The position numbers were made by a program, and so were the translations under genes. A stretch of DNA of 64,000 bases from an uncultured Gammaproteobacteria bacterium (GTDB lineage: Bacteria; Patescibacteriota; Microgenomatia; UBA10105; UBA927). Numbering within the stretch: position 1 is the first letter of the stretch; each line of letters begins with the position of its first letter. This document shows, piece after piece, positions 29,010 to 39,044 of the stretch. The notes beneath the pieces are model-generated. The model was not told where the DNA came from. It made no database searches and saw only the letters and a list, made by a program, of their open reading frames with translations. The DNA is taken from contig CAYGFH010000001.1 in assembly GCA_964349125.1 (NCBI GenBank), positions 325,408-389,407 on the forward strand. The letters are read 5' to 3'.

Positions 29010-29381
29010 ATGAATTCAACAAAAGTCTGTGCAACCCTAGAAAGAATGTATCCAGGAAAAACGGTAGTGATGAACCCTGTGAAGAAACCGACCGAACTCC
29101 TCTGCGAAGTGGAACCTACACAAAATCATCCAAATTTCAGCGTGGCTATAGCAGTCATAGATAAAAGCACACCTCATACGCACAGGATAACGGAAGAGAC
29201 GTACACTGTTATTCGGGGAGAATTAATTCTTCATGCAAATGACGAAACAATCACATTAAAACGGGATGAATCATATACCATCGAACCTGGCGTGGTCCAT
29301 TGGGCAGAGGGCGATGAGACATGGGTGGAATGCCTCTCAAAACCCGGATGGACAAAAGAAGATCATATACTTGTGAAGTAA
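29010..29381 (+). CDS. Cupin-domain protein
   Basis: Two-motif cupin pattern (PHTHRITEETYTVIRGE ... PGVVHWAEG). Confidence 0.5.
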   Translation: MNSTKVCATLERMYPGKTVVMNPVKKPTELLCEVEPTQNHPNFSVAIAVIDKSTPHTHRITEETYTVIRGELILHANDETITLKRDESYTIEPGVVHWAEGDETWVECLSKPGWTKEDHILVK

Positions 29382-29473
29382 CGATCTATCTCACCAGTCC
29401 AGCACCTGACACGTTCTGCAATAGAATCTAATTTCACACGCGTTCGTGACGACTGGTTCAGTGTGAGGCAGTA

Positions 29474-29854
29474 TTATCTCAGCAGAAAAACTATATCCAG
29501 TAATAGTGCTGCTATTGCATAGGCAAAGGTAGTGACAAGTAGTGCCATAACAATATCACTGGCCTGTATCATCAGAGTATCTGCTGTAATAGTTACATGC
29601 GGCCCTTTTTTCTTTTCTTTTCTGTCATCCCCTTTTTTTGTATTAAAAGCGATTAGAAGCATCAGGACTCCATACGCGATATACAACATATTTCTGTACT
29701 GTTTAAACTCAGTTAACGCTCCCAATTGCGCCAAAAAAGTAAATGCAGAGCCCTGAGCGGAAATCTGTGCACTAGCGTCATACCCCAGGGTAAAAATATG
29801 ATATATAAGCCACAGATTCGGAAGAAAGAATATCCACCGAACGAACGTTTTCAT
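29474..29854 (-). CDS. Small membrane protein downstream of SPFH gene (possible NfeD-like partner)
   Basis: Start moved to MKTFVRW to avoid overlap with the SPFH gene. Product has two hydrophobic helices flanking a charged loop. Confidence 0.35.
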   Translation of the reverse strand: MKTFVRWIFFLPNLWLIYHIFTLGYDASAQISAQGSAFTFLAQLGALTEFKQYRNMLYIAYGVLMLLIAFNTKKGDDRKEKKKGPHVTITADTLMIQASDIVMALLVTTFAYAIAALLLDIVFLLR

Positions 29855-29862
29855 ACACTCAC

Positions 29863-30717
29863 TTATTTTAGCGGAATATTTATAAATGGAGCTGTGCCAC
29901 CTGATACTTGGGGCAACCTGCCATCCCATTTTTTGATCGCTTCAAGCTGCAGGAATTCCTGGGTCAAACTGGATTTTTGCAGCTGCTGCGCCTCTGCTAA
30001 TCCCTTTGCCTCAGCAATCTTTGCCTGTGCCTGTTGGCTGGCGACCTGCACCTCATACTCCGCCTGTTTTACTTTTTGTTCAGCAATCACTTTTGCCTCA
30101 ATGGCCTGAGAATACTCGGGTGAGAATACGACTGTACGAAGCAGAATTTTATCGATAATAATATTTTTTGGTTTTAACATATCCGCCAATTCTTTTTGCA
30201 TAATATTCTCTGCTTCCTGTCTTTTTTCCGAGTATATTGCAGGAGCAGTGTATCTGCTGATAACCATACGAATTTGGCTTCTGGAATAGGGTCTGATAAG
30301 TTTATCAACATAATCCGCCCCGATAGTTTTATACACTTCAGGAGCATTTTTCTGATCAATACGGAATATAACCGTGGCATCAACTTTTACCTGCTGCCCA
30401 TCACTAGTCGGCGCATCAAGTGAGTCATCTCGACGGAGCGCACCTTCATCGGGAGCCATAGACATCGTATATTCCTGAAGTCGTGTATCCATAAGCGTGA
30501 CACGTTGCCAAACCGGTATTGCGTAATTGAGTCCTTCTCTCATAGGGGTTGGTAATACTCCACGCCCCATATCATATACAACACCTACAGAACCGGCTGG
30601 TATAAAGATGAGTGTGGAACGAAATAGAAAAAGCGCGCCCAGCACAATAAAGATATTTCTGATAAGAGAAAATGACGGCATCTGTCCAGGTATATTCGAA
30701 AAGTCTTTCATATCCAT
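29863..30717 (-). CDS. SPFH/band-7 (prohibitin/HflKC-like) membrane protein
   Basis: N-terminal TM, SPFH domain, and a C-terminal coiled-coil-like region (AEQKVKQAEYEVQVASQQAQAKIAEAKG). Confidence 0.75.
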   Translation of the reverse strand: MDMKDFSNIPGQMPSFSLIRNIFIVLGALFLFRSTLIFIPAGSVGVVYDMGRGVLPTPMREGLNYAIPVWQRVTLMDTRLQEYTMSMAPDEGALRRDDSLDAPTSDGQQVKVDATVIFRIDQKNAPEVYKTIGADYVDKLIRPYSRSQIRMVISRYTAPAIYSEKRQEAENIMQKELADMLKPKNIIIDKILLRTVVFSPEYSQAIEAKVIAEQKVKQAEYEVQVASQQAQAKIAEAKGLAEAQQLQKSSLTQEFLQLEAIKKWDGRLPQVSGGTAPFINIPLK

Positions 30718-30768
30718 CTATCGTGACAGGAAATGAGAAGGGTGTCAAATAACGAATAACGATGTATT

Positions 30769-31254
30769 CTAGCGCTTTGGAGAGTTGCGTTTGGCTCGCG
30801 CTTTGCCGGCAAATCCTGCTTTGCGGCGTTGTTTTGCACGAGGGTCTCGCTTCATGAATCCGCGTTTTTTCAAAATTGGTCGAAACTTCTCTTTGTCGAC
30901 TTTTTCGAGTGCTCTTGAGACTCCATGGATGAATGCACCCAATTGTCCGTATAGCCCACCGCCTGTTGTTTTCACCGCAACAGCAAATCTGTTTAGCGTA
31001 TTTGTTGTTCGAAACGGTTCTTGATACATTTTCTTTAGCACTTCTCCGGGAAAATAGTTCTCAATCGTGCGACCATTCACCATCATTGTGCCTTTTTCAA
31101 GTGTCATTCCGTGAAGTGTGATTGAGCTATCATTTACCACATACAGTCGGACTCTGGCATTGGAGACTTTTCGCCTGCCAATTGCTTCATAGTATGAAAT
31201 AACCGGTTTATCCGTTTTTTCTATTCGCTCAACCTGTGTTTTTTCTTTTGCCAT
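30769..31254 (-). CDS. rpsI: 30S ribosomal protein S9
   Basis: GRRK.S.ARV motif and a basic C-terminal tail ending in KR. Confidence 0.85.
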   Translation of the reverse strand: MAKEKTQVERIEKTDKPVISYYEAIGRRKVSNARVRLYVVNDSSITLHGMTLEKGTMMVNGRTIENYFPGEVLKKMYQEPFRTTNTLNRFAVAVKTTGGGLYGQLGAFIHGVSRALEKVDKEKFRPILKKRGFMKRDPRAKQRRKAGFAGKARAKRNSPKR

Positions 31255-31272
31255 AATAGTGTTGTATCAGTC

Positions 31273-31710
31273 TTACTTTGAACTGTTACCTTCTTTAAAT
31301 TTTTCTACAAATGTATGCTTCTCTTCCGAAAAAATGTACAAACGAGTGATAAGTCTATCACGCAGTTTATTTTTCGGCAACATACCGTACACAGCTCTTT
31401 TCATAGGTTCTTTTGGCGTTTCCTCACGAACCTGCCATAGTGCTTTTGATTTTAATCCGCCCGGATGGCCGGAATAATTACCATACATCTTTTCTACTTC
31501 TTTTTTACCTGTAGTGACAAAATGAGCTGCATTTATGACAACAACATAGTCTCCACAATCCATGTTTCTGACAAAATTGGTCTTGGATTTTCCCATGAGC
31601 TTGAGTGCGATCTGTGTCGCCACCCGTCCCAATACCTGACCCTTCGCATCTATGAGATGCCATGATCTTTTGATATCTGAGATTTTTGTTGATTTGGTAG
31701 GTTGTTCCAT
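31273..31710 (-). CDS. rplM: 50S ribosomal protein L13
   Basis: N-terminal W.LIDA.GQ.LGR.A block. Confidence 0.9.
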   Translation of the reverse strand: MEQPTKSTKISDIKRSWHLIDAKGQVLGRVATQIALKLMGKSKTNFVRNMDCGDYVVVINAAHFVTTGKKEVEKMYGNYSGHPGGLKSKALWQVREETPKEPMKRAVYGMLPKNKLRDRLITRLYIFSEEKHTFVEKFKEGNSSK

Positions 31711-31713
31711 AAA

Positions 31714-32193
31714 TTATGCTTTTTTAACTTTTTTTTCTGTTTTTTTTGCGACTGTTTTTTTTGCTTCCGGCTTTTTCTCAACTGTTTCTGTCTTTGCAGC
31801 TTTTGCTGAGACCGGTGCGATTTGCTCTGTAACTACCTTTTCATCAACAAATTCCAAGACAGCTAAGTCTGTCGCATCGCTCTTCCTTTTACCCAATTTG
31901 ATAATACGGGTAAATCCGCTGTTTCGGCTTGCGAATCTTGTTTTTGCATCGTCGATAAGTATCTCCGAGAGCGTCCTATCCATAAGCACTGCTGTCATAA
32001 GACGTTTCTTTGCATCTGTGCCGACTTTCGCTTTTGTAATAAGCTTTTCAATAGACGGTTGGACAGCTTTTGCTTTCGCAACACTGGTCGTAATCCGACC
32101 ATGCAGGATAAGATCCCGCATGAGCCCGGCAAATAATCTTCGCCGTTCATTTTTTGTTCGAGACAATTTTCGACCGTATACTGAATGTCGCAT
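31714..32193 (-). CDS. rplQ: 50S ribosomal protein L17 (with Lys-rich C-terminal extension)
   Basis: MRH..YGRKLSR...R..LF..L...L..HGRI.TT block, plus a ~40-aa K/A/E-rich tail. Confidence 0.85.
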   Translation of the reverse strand: MRHSVYGRKLSRTKNERRRLFAGLMRDLILHGRITTSVAKAKAVQPSIEKLITKAKVGTDAKKRLMTAVLMDRTLSEILIDDAKTRFASRNSGFTRIIKLGKRKSDATDLAVLEFVDEKVVTEQIAPVSAKAAKTETVEKKPEAKKTVAKKTEKKVKKA

Positions 32194-32196
32194 AAA

Positions 32197-33117
32197 TTAG
32201 ATATTTAATGTTACGCCTTTTTCGCGAAGCTTCTCTTCAACGATACCGAGCGATTTGATACCAAGATTCTTTATTTTCATAAGGTCCGCTTGAGGAGCAC
32301 TCAAGAGCTGACCAATGGTTTCGATGCCGCCGTTTGCGAGTGCATTGACTATACGAGTTGGGATATCCAACTCCTCTATCCGCATCTTCAACACTTCATC
32401 AGATACAGTCGGAGCAACCACTACACTCTCAACCGTGCCTTCTGCTTTTGGTTCGACGACTTGTGAGAAGTAAGAAACCAAGATCTTGGCGCTGGATTTC
32501 AGTGCATCTAGCGCTGAAATGGTGGCGTCTGTCCAGATTTCCATAACGAGTTTGTCCAAGTTGGTCATACGACCGACACGGGTGGCCTCTACGCGATAAT
32601 TCACACGCGTAACAGGTGAGTACAAACTATCCATCGGCATAACGCCAACTTCGCTGAAGTGCTTCTCATCGGCTGATGTGTATCCATAACCGCGATCTGC
32701 GGTCATGGTTACTTCAAGTGATGCTTTTTTATCTGAAAGATTTGCAATCACCAGATCTGGATTTACGATCGTAACGCCTGCTGGAACTGAGATATCTCCT
32801 GCAAGCACTTCACCCAAGCCTTTTTTGGACAATGTAAGGGTGACAGATTCAGAGCCTTCGATCATCAGACGCACTTTTTTCAGGTTCATGATAAATTCAA
32901 CTACGTCTTCTTTCATGCCTTCAAGTGCTGAGAACTGATGTTTCACATTCTCAATTTTTACTGAGGAGATTGCGCTCCCCTGGAGGGATGAGAGCAAAAC
33001 TCTGCGCAAACTGTTCCCGAGTGTTTGACCATATCCCTGCTCTAGCGGTTCGATACTGAATTTACCAAATCCTGGTTTTTCAGTTTCTACCTTTATATGA
33101 AATGTTGGATCTACCAT
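32197..33117 (-). CDS. rpoA: DNA-directed RNA polymerase subunit alpha
   Basis: N-terminal dimerisation domain (EPLE.G.G.TLGN.LRR.LLSS) and a C-terminal domain (CTD) with a helix-hairpin-helix motif. Confidence 0.9.
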   Translation of the reverse strand: MVDPTFHIKVETEKPGFGKFSIEPLEQGYGQTLGNSLRRVLLSSLQGSAISSVKIENVKHQFSALEGMKEDVVEFIMNLKKVRLMIEGSESVTLTLSKKGLGEVLAGDISVPAGVTIVNPDLVIANLSDKKASLEVTMTADRGYGYTSADEKHFSEVGVMPMDSLYSPVTRVNYRVEATRVGRMTNLDKLVMEIWTDATISALDALKSSAKILVSYFSQVVEPKAEGTVESVVVAPTVSDEVLKMRIEELDIPTRIVNALANGGIETIGQLLSAPQADLMKIKNLGIKSLGIVEEKLREKGVTLNI

Positions 33118-33200
33118 AATATATTTATTTAGAGTGTGTCAGTTCGCATAAAGAGACGTAAACTTCATGCCAACTGCCAACCCTACCTCCAAAAAAAACA

Positions 33201-33821
33201 TTAACGAGAATAATGCTCTACAATAAGCTTCTCATTGATGTCTTCTGAAATATCTGCCCGCTCCGGCAAACGGACTATTTTACCAACCGGTCCTTTTCGT
33301 TCCATCCATACTGGAGCTCTAAACGTTGTATCGTCAAGAACTTTTTTTACCGCTGGAATTTCCATTCCTTTGGCACCAAGTGAAATTACCATATCTTTAT
33401 CTGTTCTAAATGATGGGATATTTACTTTTTTTCCATCGACCAACACATGGCAATGGGAAACGAGCTGTCTGGCCAATGATCTGGTGGGTGAAAATCCCAT
33501 GCGATATACCACATTATCCAAACGGCGCTCCAAAAATTCCAGTAATTTCTCCCCAGTGTTGCCTTTCCAGGTTTTTGCGGTAGCGAATGTTTTTCGGAAT
33601 TGTCGTTCCATTACGCCATACAGGCGCTTTACTTTTTGTTTCTCACGAAGCTGCAATCCAAAATCAGACACTTTGCGCTTTTTCTTCGCTCCATGCACTC
33701 CTGGAGTGATTGATAGACGCTTTAATAGCATCGCATGAGCTTTTGTTCCGGGAGTTTTATATCCCAGATCAATACCTTCTCTACGTGCTAATCTATTTTT
33801 CGGACCTGTATAGTGACCCAT
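33201..33821 (-). CDS. rpsD: 30S ribosomal protein S4
   Basis: S4 N-terminal domain plus an S4 RNA-binding domain (RLDNVVYRMGF..TR..ARQLV.H). Confidence 0.9.
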   Translation of the reverse strand: MGHYTGPKNRLARREGIDLGYKTPGTKAHAMLLKRLSITPGVHGAKKKRKVSDFGLQLREKQKVKRLYGVMERQFRKTFATAKTWKGNTGEKLLEFLERRLDNVVYRMGFSPTRSLARQLVSHCHVLVDGKKVNIPSFRTDKDMVISLGAKGMEIPAVKKVLDDTTFRAPVWMERKGPVGKIVRLPERADISEDINEKLIVEHYSR

Positions 33822-33888
33822 ATATTATATTTGTTACTTTGTTATTGGTTATTTGGTTCTTTCTCTGTAACTAATAACCAACTAACTT

Positions 33889-34260
33889 TTATACTCTTCG
33901 TTTTTTCTTAGGCCGTACTCCATTGTGTGGAATAGGCGTAACATCTGCTATAAGCGTAATTGCCAGACCAACTGATTTAAGTCCTCGAAGGGCAGCATCT
34001 CGACCAGCTCCAGGCCCTTTGATATATACTTCCACTTCACGTAGTCCCATATCCATTGCTTTGTGCGCAACCGCCTCTACTGCTGTTGTAGCAGCGTATG
34101 GAGTTGATTTTCGTGCACCTTTGAATCCTGCCATACCTGATGAACCCCAGCAAATAGCGTTACCTTGCTCATCTGTGATGGTGACGAGTGTATTGTTAAA
34201 CGTTGCAGTTATATACACTTTTCCTTTTTCTACTGTTCTTTTTTGTTTTTTGATTGCCAT
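33889..34260 (-). CDS. rpsK: 30S ribosomal protein S11
   Basis: Conserved S11 core (GPG.GR.AA.RAL...G). Confidence 0.9.
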   Translation of the reverse strand: MAIKKQKRTVEKGKVYITATFNNTLVTITDEQGNAICWGSSGMAGFKGARKSTPYAATTAVEAVAHKAMDMGLREVEVYIKGPGAGRDAALRGLKSVGLAITLIADVTPIPHNGVRPKKKRRV

Positions 34261-34269
34261 ATGCCTATG

Positions 34270-34683
34270 TTACTTTGCTGCCGGTTTTGCAGATGCTTCT
34301 GCTTTTATACGATCGTCCTTCTTTTGTGCTCCGATGGTCACGCGCTTACCACGTTTGGTACGTGCATTAGATCTGGTCCTCTGTCCACGTGACGGAAGAC
34401 TCTTTGCATGACGCGTACCCCGATAGGAACGGATGTCTATTAGACGCTTAATGTTATCATGGACCTGTCTTCGAAGATCTCCCTCTACTATGTATTCTTT
34501 TTCTATGATTTTGGAAAGTTTACTTAATTCTTCGTCTGTGAGTGTCTTTGCGCGGCGGTCAGCGTGGATTTGTGCAGCTTCTAAAATTTTGATCACATTA
34601 GAGCGCCCTATACCATAAATATAGGTAAGTGCAATATCAAGTCGTTTTTCGTCTTTAAGATCAATTCCTGCAATACGTGCCAT
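34270..34683 (-). CDS. rpsM: 30S ribosomal protein S13
   Basis: MARIAGIDL...K....L..IYGIG block. Confidence 0.9.
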   Translation of the reverse strand: MARIAGIDLKDEKRLDIALTYIYGIGRSNVIKILEAAQIHADRRAKTLTDEELSKLSKIIEKEYIVEGDLRRQVHDNIKRLIDIRSYRGTRHAKSLPSRGQRTRSNARTKRGKRVTIGAQKKDDRIKAEASAKPAAK

Positions 34684-34688
34684 AGTTT

Positions 34689-34802
34689 TTATCCTTGTCT
34701 TTGCTTATGCTTCGGGTTTTCACATATAACATATGTTCGACCTCTGCGTCGTACAACTTTGCATTTTACACAAATCTTTTTAATACTTGCTCGAACTTTC
34801 AT
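34689..34802 (-). CDS. rpmJ: 50S ribosomal protein L36 (zinc-ribbon C+ form, 37 aa)
   Basis: Below the ORF-track cutoff. Manual translation gives [37 protein letters not shown] with a C-x2-C-x12-C-x4-H zinc site. Confidence 0.8.
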   Translation of the reverse strand: MKVRASIKKICVKCKVVRRRGRTYVICENPKHKQRQG

Positions 34803-34810
34803 ATATCTTT

Positions 34811-35029
34811 TTAGCGAACTCTATACGTAATTCTGCCTTTGCTCGGATCATATGGAGTTACTTCCATTTTGACCCGATCGCCAACCATTATGCGAATGTA
34901 ATTTAAGCGCATCTTACCGGACAAATGACATAATACTAGATGTCCGTTCGGCAATTTTACTCGAAACAGGGTATTAGGCAAGCACTCTGCAACCTCGCCC
35001 TCTACCTCTATGTTTCCCTGATGTGCCAT
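34811..35029 (-). CDS. infA: Translation initiation factor IF-1
   Basis: S1-like OB fold ([31 protein letters not shown]). Start set at MAHQ (35029). Confidence 0.9.
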   Translation of the reverse strand: MAHQGNIEVEGEVAECLPNTLFRVKLPNGHLVLCHLSGKMRLNYIRIMVGDRVKMEVTPYDPSKGRITYRVR

Positions 35030-35091
35030 ATCCACATAAAAACGACGGGAGAACCTCCCGATCACGGCCGGGATTCCCGACGTATTGGTGT

Positions 35092-35120
35092 ATTGTACAG
35101 CAAAAATACACTCTGGTCAA
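35092..35120 (-). promoter_or_regulatory. Candidate sigma70 promoter for infA (TTGACC-17nt-TACAAT)
   Basis: On the minus strand, TTGACC (35120-35115), a 17-nt spacer, then TACAAT (35097-35092). This predicts a ~55-nt leader that contains paired CGGGA/TCCCG elements. Confidence 0.45.
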
Positions 35121-35189
35121 TCCTTCGCGTACTGTCAATCTTTATACCGTTATTCATACAATATTTTTATAAAATTTAGCCTCAAAATA

Positions 35190-35960
35190 CTATTCCATGG
35201 CGGTTAACACAAGCGGCCCATTTTCCGTAATAGCGATAGAATGCTCGAATACAGCCGCAAGAGATCTATCACGCGTTGCAATAGTCCAGCCATCGTTGTT
35301 TTCATACACAACAGATGGTTTTCCCATAACATAGATAGGCTCGATAGCAACTGTCTCCCCGCCTATAAACTGATAGGTATTGCGATAATCTCCCCGTTCA
35401 TAATTAGGTAATTGTGGATCTTCATGAAGTTCGCGCCCCACGCCATGCCCTACCAAGGATTTCACGATAGAATATCCCGCCGACTCTATAATCCGCTGTG
35501 TGGATGCCGATATCGTGCCAATATGTGTGCCGATTTTTGCAAGCGCAATGGCTTCCTGTAATGCTTTTTTTCCGGTCTCAAGGAATACTTCTTTCGCATG
35601 CATATCACCAGACGTATCCTTGCCGACAATTTTCGTCCATGCGGTATCAGTATGAAATCCTTTATAGATGAGCCCGACATCAATTGTCAGAACATCGCCA
35701 TCTGCAAGTATTCGGTTGGTCGGGATACAATGGACAACAGCCTCATTCACACATAAACAGGTCGGCCATTTATACCCTTTCACTGTGGTAAACGATGGAA
35801 CCGCACCGGACTGCTTGATAAGCTCTAACGCCCTGTGGTCTACTTCTTTCAATGAGAGACCTGGTTGTGCGAACTCCAACAGCTGATGCAGAACGAATCC
35901 GAGCCGTTTCCCGCCATCGTGCATGATTTGTATTTCTTCCTTAGTCTTTAGATCTATCAT
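35190..35960 (-). CDS. map: Methionine aminopeptidase type I
   Basis: Pita-bread-fold metal ligands pattern (D..D...H...E...E) with a GHGIG-like block (VGHGVGRELHEDPQ). Confidence 0.9.
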   Translation of the reverse strand: MIDLKTKEEIQIMHDGGKRLGFVLHQLLEFAQPGLSLKEVDHRALELIKQSGAVPSFTTVKGYKWPTCLCVNEAVVHCIPTNRILADGDVLTIDVGLIYKGFHTDTAWTKIVGKDTSGDMHAKEVFLETGKKALQEAIALAKIGTHIGTISASTQRIIESAGYSIVKSLVGHGVGRELHEDPQLPNYERGDYRNTYQFIGGETVAIEPIYVMGKPSVVYENNDGWTIATRDRSLAAVFEHSIAITENGPLVLTAME

Positions 35961-36649
35961 AGTAACCCTCTTCGCTGTAATTCATTTTCGATTGTACTCG
36001 TAACCATTTCCTGTGTCATCTGTGTCGTATCCAACTCCCATGCGTCGTCCACTTTTTGCAAAGGATCAGTAGCCCGTGTCATATCCTGTAAATCTCGAAT
36101 TCTTGTATCCTCGAGTGTTTCCTCATATGTTTTTTGTATGCCCTTTTTCACCCAGTCGTTGTACCTCCTCCGGGCGCGCTCCTCCACAGACGCTGTTAAA
36201 TATATCTTTAGCTGTGCATCAGGTAATACACGAAGGCCGATATCTCTCCCTTCCATGACGACACGGTTGTTTTGAGCAATACTGCGTTGCATCGCAACCA
36301 TTCTGGTCCTGACAGCCGCAATGGAACCCACGTCTGAAGCTCCCTGCGCCGTGTCCTGATGCGTAATACGCTCAGTCACATCTTCTCCATTCAATAGCAC
36401 ACAATATGCATATGGGGAATGAGCATCCGGCACACGCATACTAATCGCATGTGTAGTAAGTTGCTGAACCACTTTATCCTCGTCTTTGCATGAAATTTGT
36501 TCGCGGATACACGCGAGTGCCAAGGCTCTGTACATAGCACCTGTGTAAATGTAGAGTAGACCTAGTTTTGCAGCCAGTCGCGCTGCGATATCTCCTTTCC
36601 CTGAAGCTACCGGACCATCTATGGCTATTTGAAGATTTGCCGTATTCAT
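35957..36649 (-). CDS. cmk: Cytidylate kinase
   Basis: P-loop IAIDGPVASGKGD, with a block pattern matching CMP kinase rather than adenylate kinase. Confidence 0.8.
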   Translation of the reverse strand: MNTANLQIAIDGPVASGKGDIAARLAAKLGLLYIYTGAMYRALALACIREQISCKDEDKVVQQLTTHAISMRVPDAHSPYAYCVLLNGEDVTERITHQDTAQGASDVGSIAAVRTRMVAMQRSIAQNNRVVMEGRDIGLRVLPDAQLKIYLTASVEERARRRYNDWVKKGIQKTYEETLEDTRIRDLQDMTRATDPLQKVDDAWELDTTQMTQEMVTSTIENELQRRGLL

Positions 36650-37224
36650 GAAGGAAGATGACTCATAATATCTTTATGAATATCTTCCACCGCACCATCC
36701 GCGTTTATCTCAACAAGTACGCCCTGTTTTTTATAGTATTCCAATACACTTGCCTCATTTTGCTTATATATCTCCAAACGATTCTTAATACGCTCGGGTG
36801 AATCATGCAATTCTGAACTGCCTGGATGGAGAGGACGTGCCCGCTTAATTAAGCGTCGAAGTGATTCTTCTTCACTAAGTTTGAGGTAAAATACCACTTC
36901 TACTTTATATCCGTATTTATTCAGCTTATCATCAAGAAATGTTGCCTGATCAGCGTTGCGTGGGAACCCATCCATAATCCAATCATTTTTTGCATCATCT
37001 TCCTTCAGTCTCCGTTTCCACAACACGTACATTTCTGAATCCGCCACATATTTTCCTTCTGAAAGCGCTTCACGGCACACATCGCCAATCATTCCCTTAT
37101 CATTCCCCGCAGCATCACGAACGAGATCACCCGATGTTAAAATCGGAATATTTAACTTTTCGCTCAATAACTTTGCCTGTGTTCCCTTACCTGATCCTTC
37201 CGGACCATACATGAGTATATGCAT
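36646..37224 (-). CDS. adk: Adenylate kinase (short form)
   Basis: P-loop MYGPEGSGKGTQA, an NMP-binding region, and a short LID. Confidence 0.9.
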   Translation of the reverse strand: MHILMYGPEGSGKGTQAKLLSEKLNIPILTSGDLVRDAAGNDKGMIGDVCREALSEGKYVADSEMYVLWKRRLKEDDAKNDWIMDGFPRNADQATFLDDKLNKYGYKVEVVFYLKLSEEESLRRLIKRARPLHPGSSELHDSPERIKNRLEIYKQNEASVLEYYKKQGVLVEINADGAVEDIHKDIMSHLPS

Positions 37225-37310
37225 AATAATTAGCTATAAAGTGTATAAAGTGAAAAGTTCATAAAGTTGCCAAACTTTATAACTTAGAACTTTACGAACT
37301 TAGTACTTTT

Positions 37311-38600
37311 TTATTCTTTTAAAAATCCGTCATAATTTCTCATGACGAGTTGAGCCTCAAGTGACTTGACTGTTTCCAGTACTACCGAGACCACGATAAG
37401 AACACTGGTCCCACCAACGAGTAAGGTGGTGACGCCGGTGATTTGATTTGCGATTGCAGGCATAATGGCAATGACACCTAAAAACAGCGCACCCGCAAGC
37501 GTAATCCGAGTCAATATATAGTTTAGATAATTTGCAGTCGGGGTCCCTGGTCGAATACCCGGTATAAATCCGCCATGTTTCTGGATTTCCTGGGAAATCT
37601 TCGTCGGATTGAATGTAATGGCTGTATAAAAATACGTAAACCCGATAACGAGGAAAAAGTAAATGACATTATAGGATGGACCGTTTGGATTGAAAATTGA
37701 AGTCAGTATCCGACCAAAACTCATGATCGCCGGATTTTTTACCTGCTGCAAGAATCCACCCAACAACGAAGGCAAAAGCACCAGTGATACAGCAAATATG
37801 ATAGGTATAACACCCGCCTGATTCACCCTGAGCGGCAAGTATGACGTAGACCCGCCAAATACTTTATTGCCGCGTATACGTCTGGCATAGTGGACGGTAA
37901 TTCGCCTCACGGCTTCGTTTACATATACGGTTGCTGCAATAACTGCGATAGCAAGCACGGCAAATACAACTGTGTTTGTCATAAGCTCAGGGGTAATGGT
38001 CGAAATTGTCTGACCAAGTACAACCGGAAGCCTGCCAACTATTCCTGCAAATATCAATAACGAGATGCCATTGCCTATACCATACTCCGTGATAAGCTCA
38101 CCGAGCCACATGGCGATGAGCGTACCGGCCGTCATGGTGACGACGATTGCTACCAGAGATAACGGACTGATGTTGCCAATGATGCCCTGATTTTTAAGTA
38201 AGGCGTACATACCTATAGATTGCATGACTGCGAGAGGTACTGTGATAAACCGGGTATATTGATTGATTTTTTCCCGACCGTACTCACCCTCTTTTGATAA
38301 TTCCTCAAGCGCTGGGAACACTATAGTGAGCAGTTGCAAAATAATAGAGGCATTGATGTATGGATTTAAACCCAAGGCCAAAACAGAAAAATTCACAAGT
38401 GTGCCACCTGAAAAAATATCCAAGAGTCCTAAGAATTGATTCTGTGAGAAGAGTGCTGCGAGCTTTGCGGTATCCACACCCGGAATAGGAATATGCGCAA
38501 ATAATCTAAATACAACAAATAACCAGGCGGTAATGAGTATTTTCCGTCTGAGTTCTGGGGACTTCCAACTTGCTATAAGCGGAGCCAAAAGTTTATTCAT
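37311..38600 (-). CDS. secY: Preprotein translocase subunit SecY
   Basis: 10-TM SecY with conserved plug and hinge regions. Sits in the canonical rplO-secY-adk position. Confidence 0.9.
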   Translation of the reverse strand: MNKLLAPLIASWKSPELRRKILITAWLFVVFRLFAHIPIPGVDTAKLAALFSQNQFLGLLDIFSGGTLVNFSVLALGLNPYINASIILQLLTIVFPALEELSKEGEYGREKINQYTRFITVPLAVMQSIGMYALLKNQGIIGNISPLSLVAIVVTMTAGTLIAMWLGELITEYGIGNGISLLIFAGIVGRLPVVLGQTISTITPELMTNTVVFAVLAIAVIAATVYVNEAVRRITVHYARRIRGNKVFGGSTSYLPLRVNQAGVIPIIFAVSLVLLPSLLGGFLQQVKNPAIMSFGRILTSIFNPNGPSYNVIYFFLVIGFTYFYTAITFNPTKISQEIQKHGGFIPGIRPGTPTANYLNYILTRITLAGALFLGVIAIMPAIANQITGVTTLLVGGTSVLIVVSVVLETVKSLEAQLVMRNYDGFLKE

Positions 38601-38609
38601 GTCGAGTCG

Positions 38610-39041
38610 TTACGCTTCTACGGATCCACCAGCTTTGATTACTGCCTGTCTGGCGCTTGAAGAACATGAAACATTTACAGACAATTTTGTTGTAAACGGA
38701 CCTGATCCAAGTATCTTTACCCGAGTTACGTTCTCATCTATCATATGATATTTTTTCAATGTTGCCAATGTAACAGTTGTTCCTGCAGGCAGAGATGAAA
38801 GTGCCTGTAGCTGCACTGGAAACGCTTTTGGCTTTTCGCTTTGGTTTCTTCCTTTTCCGCGAAGAAGTGGCAATCGTTTGATAAGTGACAGTTGTCCGCC
38901 TTCAAATCCTGGGTTTATTTTTCCTCGTGCTTTCTGACCTTTTTGTCCACGACCAGCTGTCTTCACTTTCCCTGATCCATGACCACGTCCTACCCGTTTT
39001 TTAGATCGTTTGACTATCTTTTTTACCAATGTCGGTTTCAT
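38610..39041 (-). CDS. rplO: 50S ribosomal protein L15
   Basis: Gly/Arg-rich N-terminus (RVGRGHGSGKVKTAGRGQKGQKAR). Confidence 0.85.
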   Translation of the reverse strand: MKPTLVKKIVKRSKKRVGRGHGSGKVKTAGRGQKGQKARGKINPGFEGGQLSLIKRLPLLRGKGRNQSEKPKAFPVQLQALSSLPAGTTVTLATLKKYHMIDENVTRVKILGSGPFTTKLSVNVSCSSSARQAVIKAGGSVEA

Positions 39042-39044
39042 AGA

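Noticed and set aside
31652-32200. 182-aa plus-strand ORF
   Set aside because: It is antisense to rplQ and rpoA, has no homology features, and is a low-complexity product. This is a shadow ORF typical of the antisense of Lys-rich genes.
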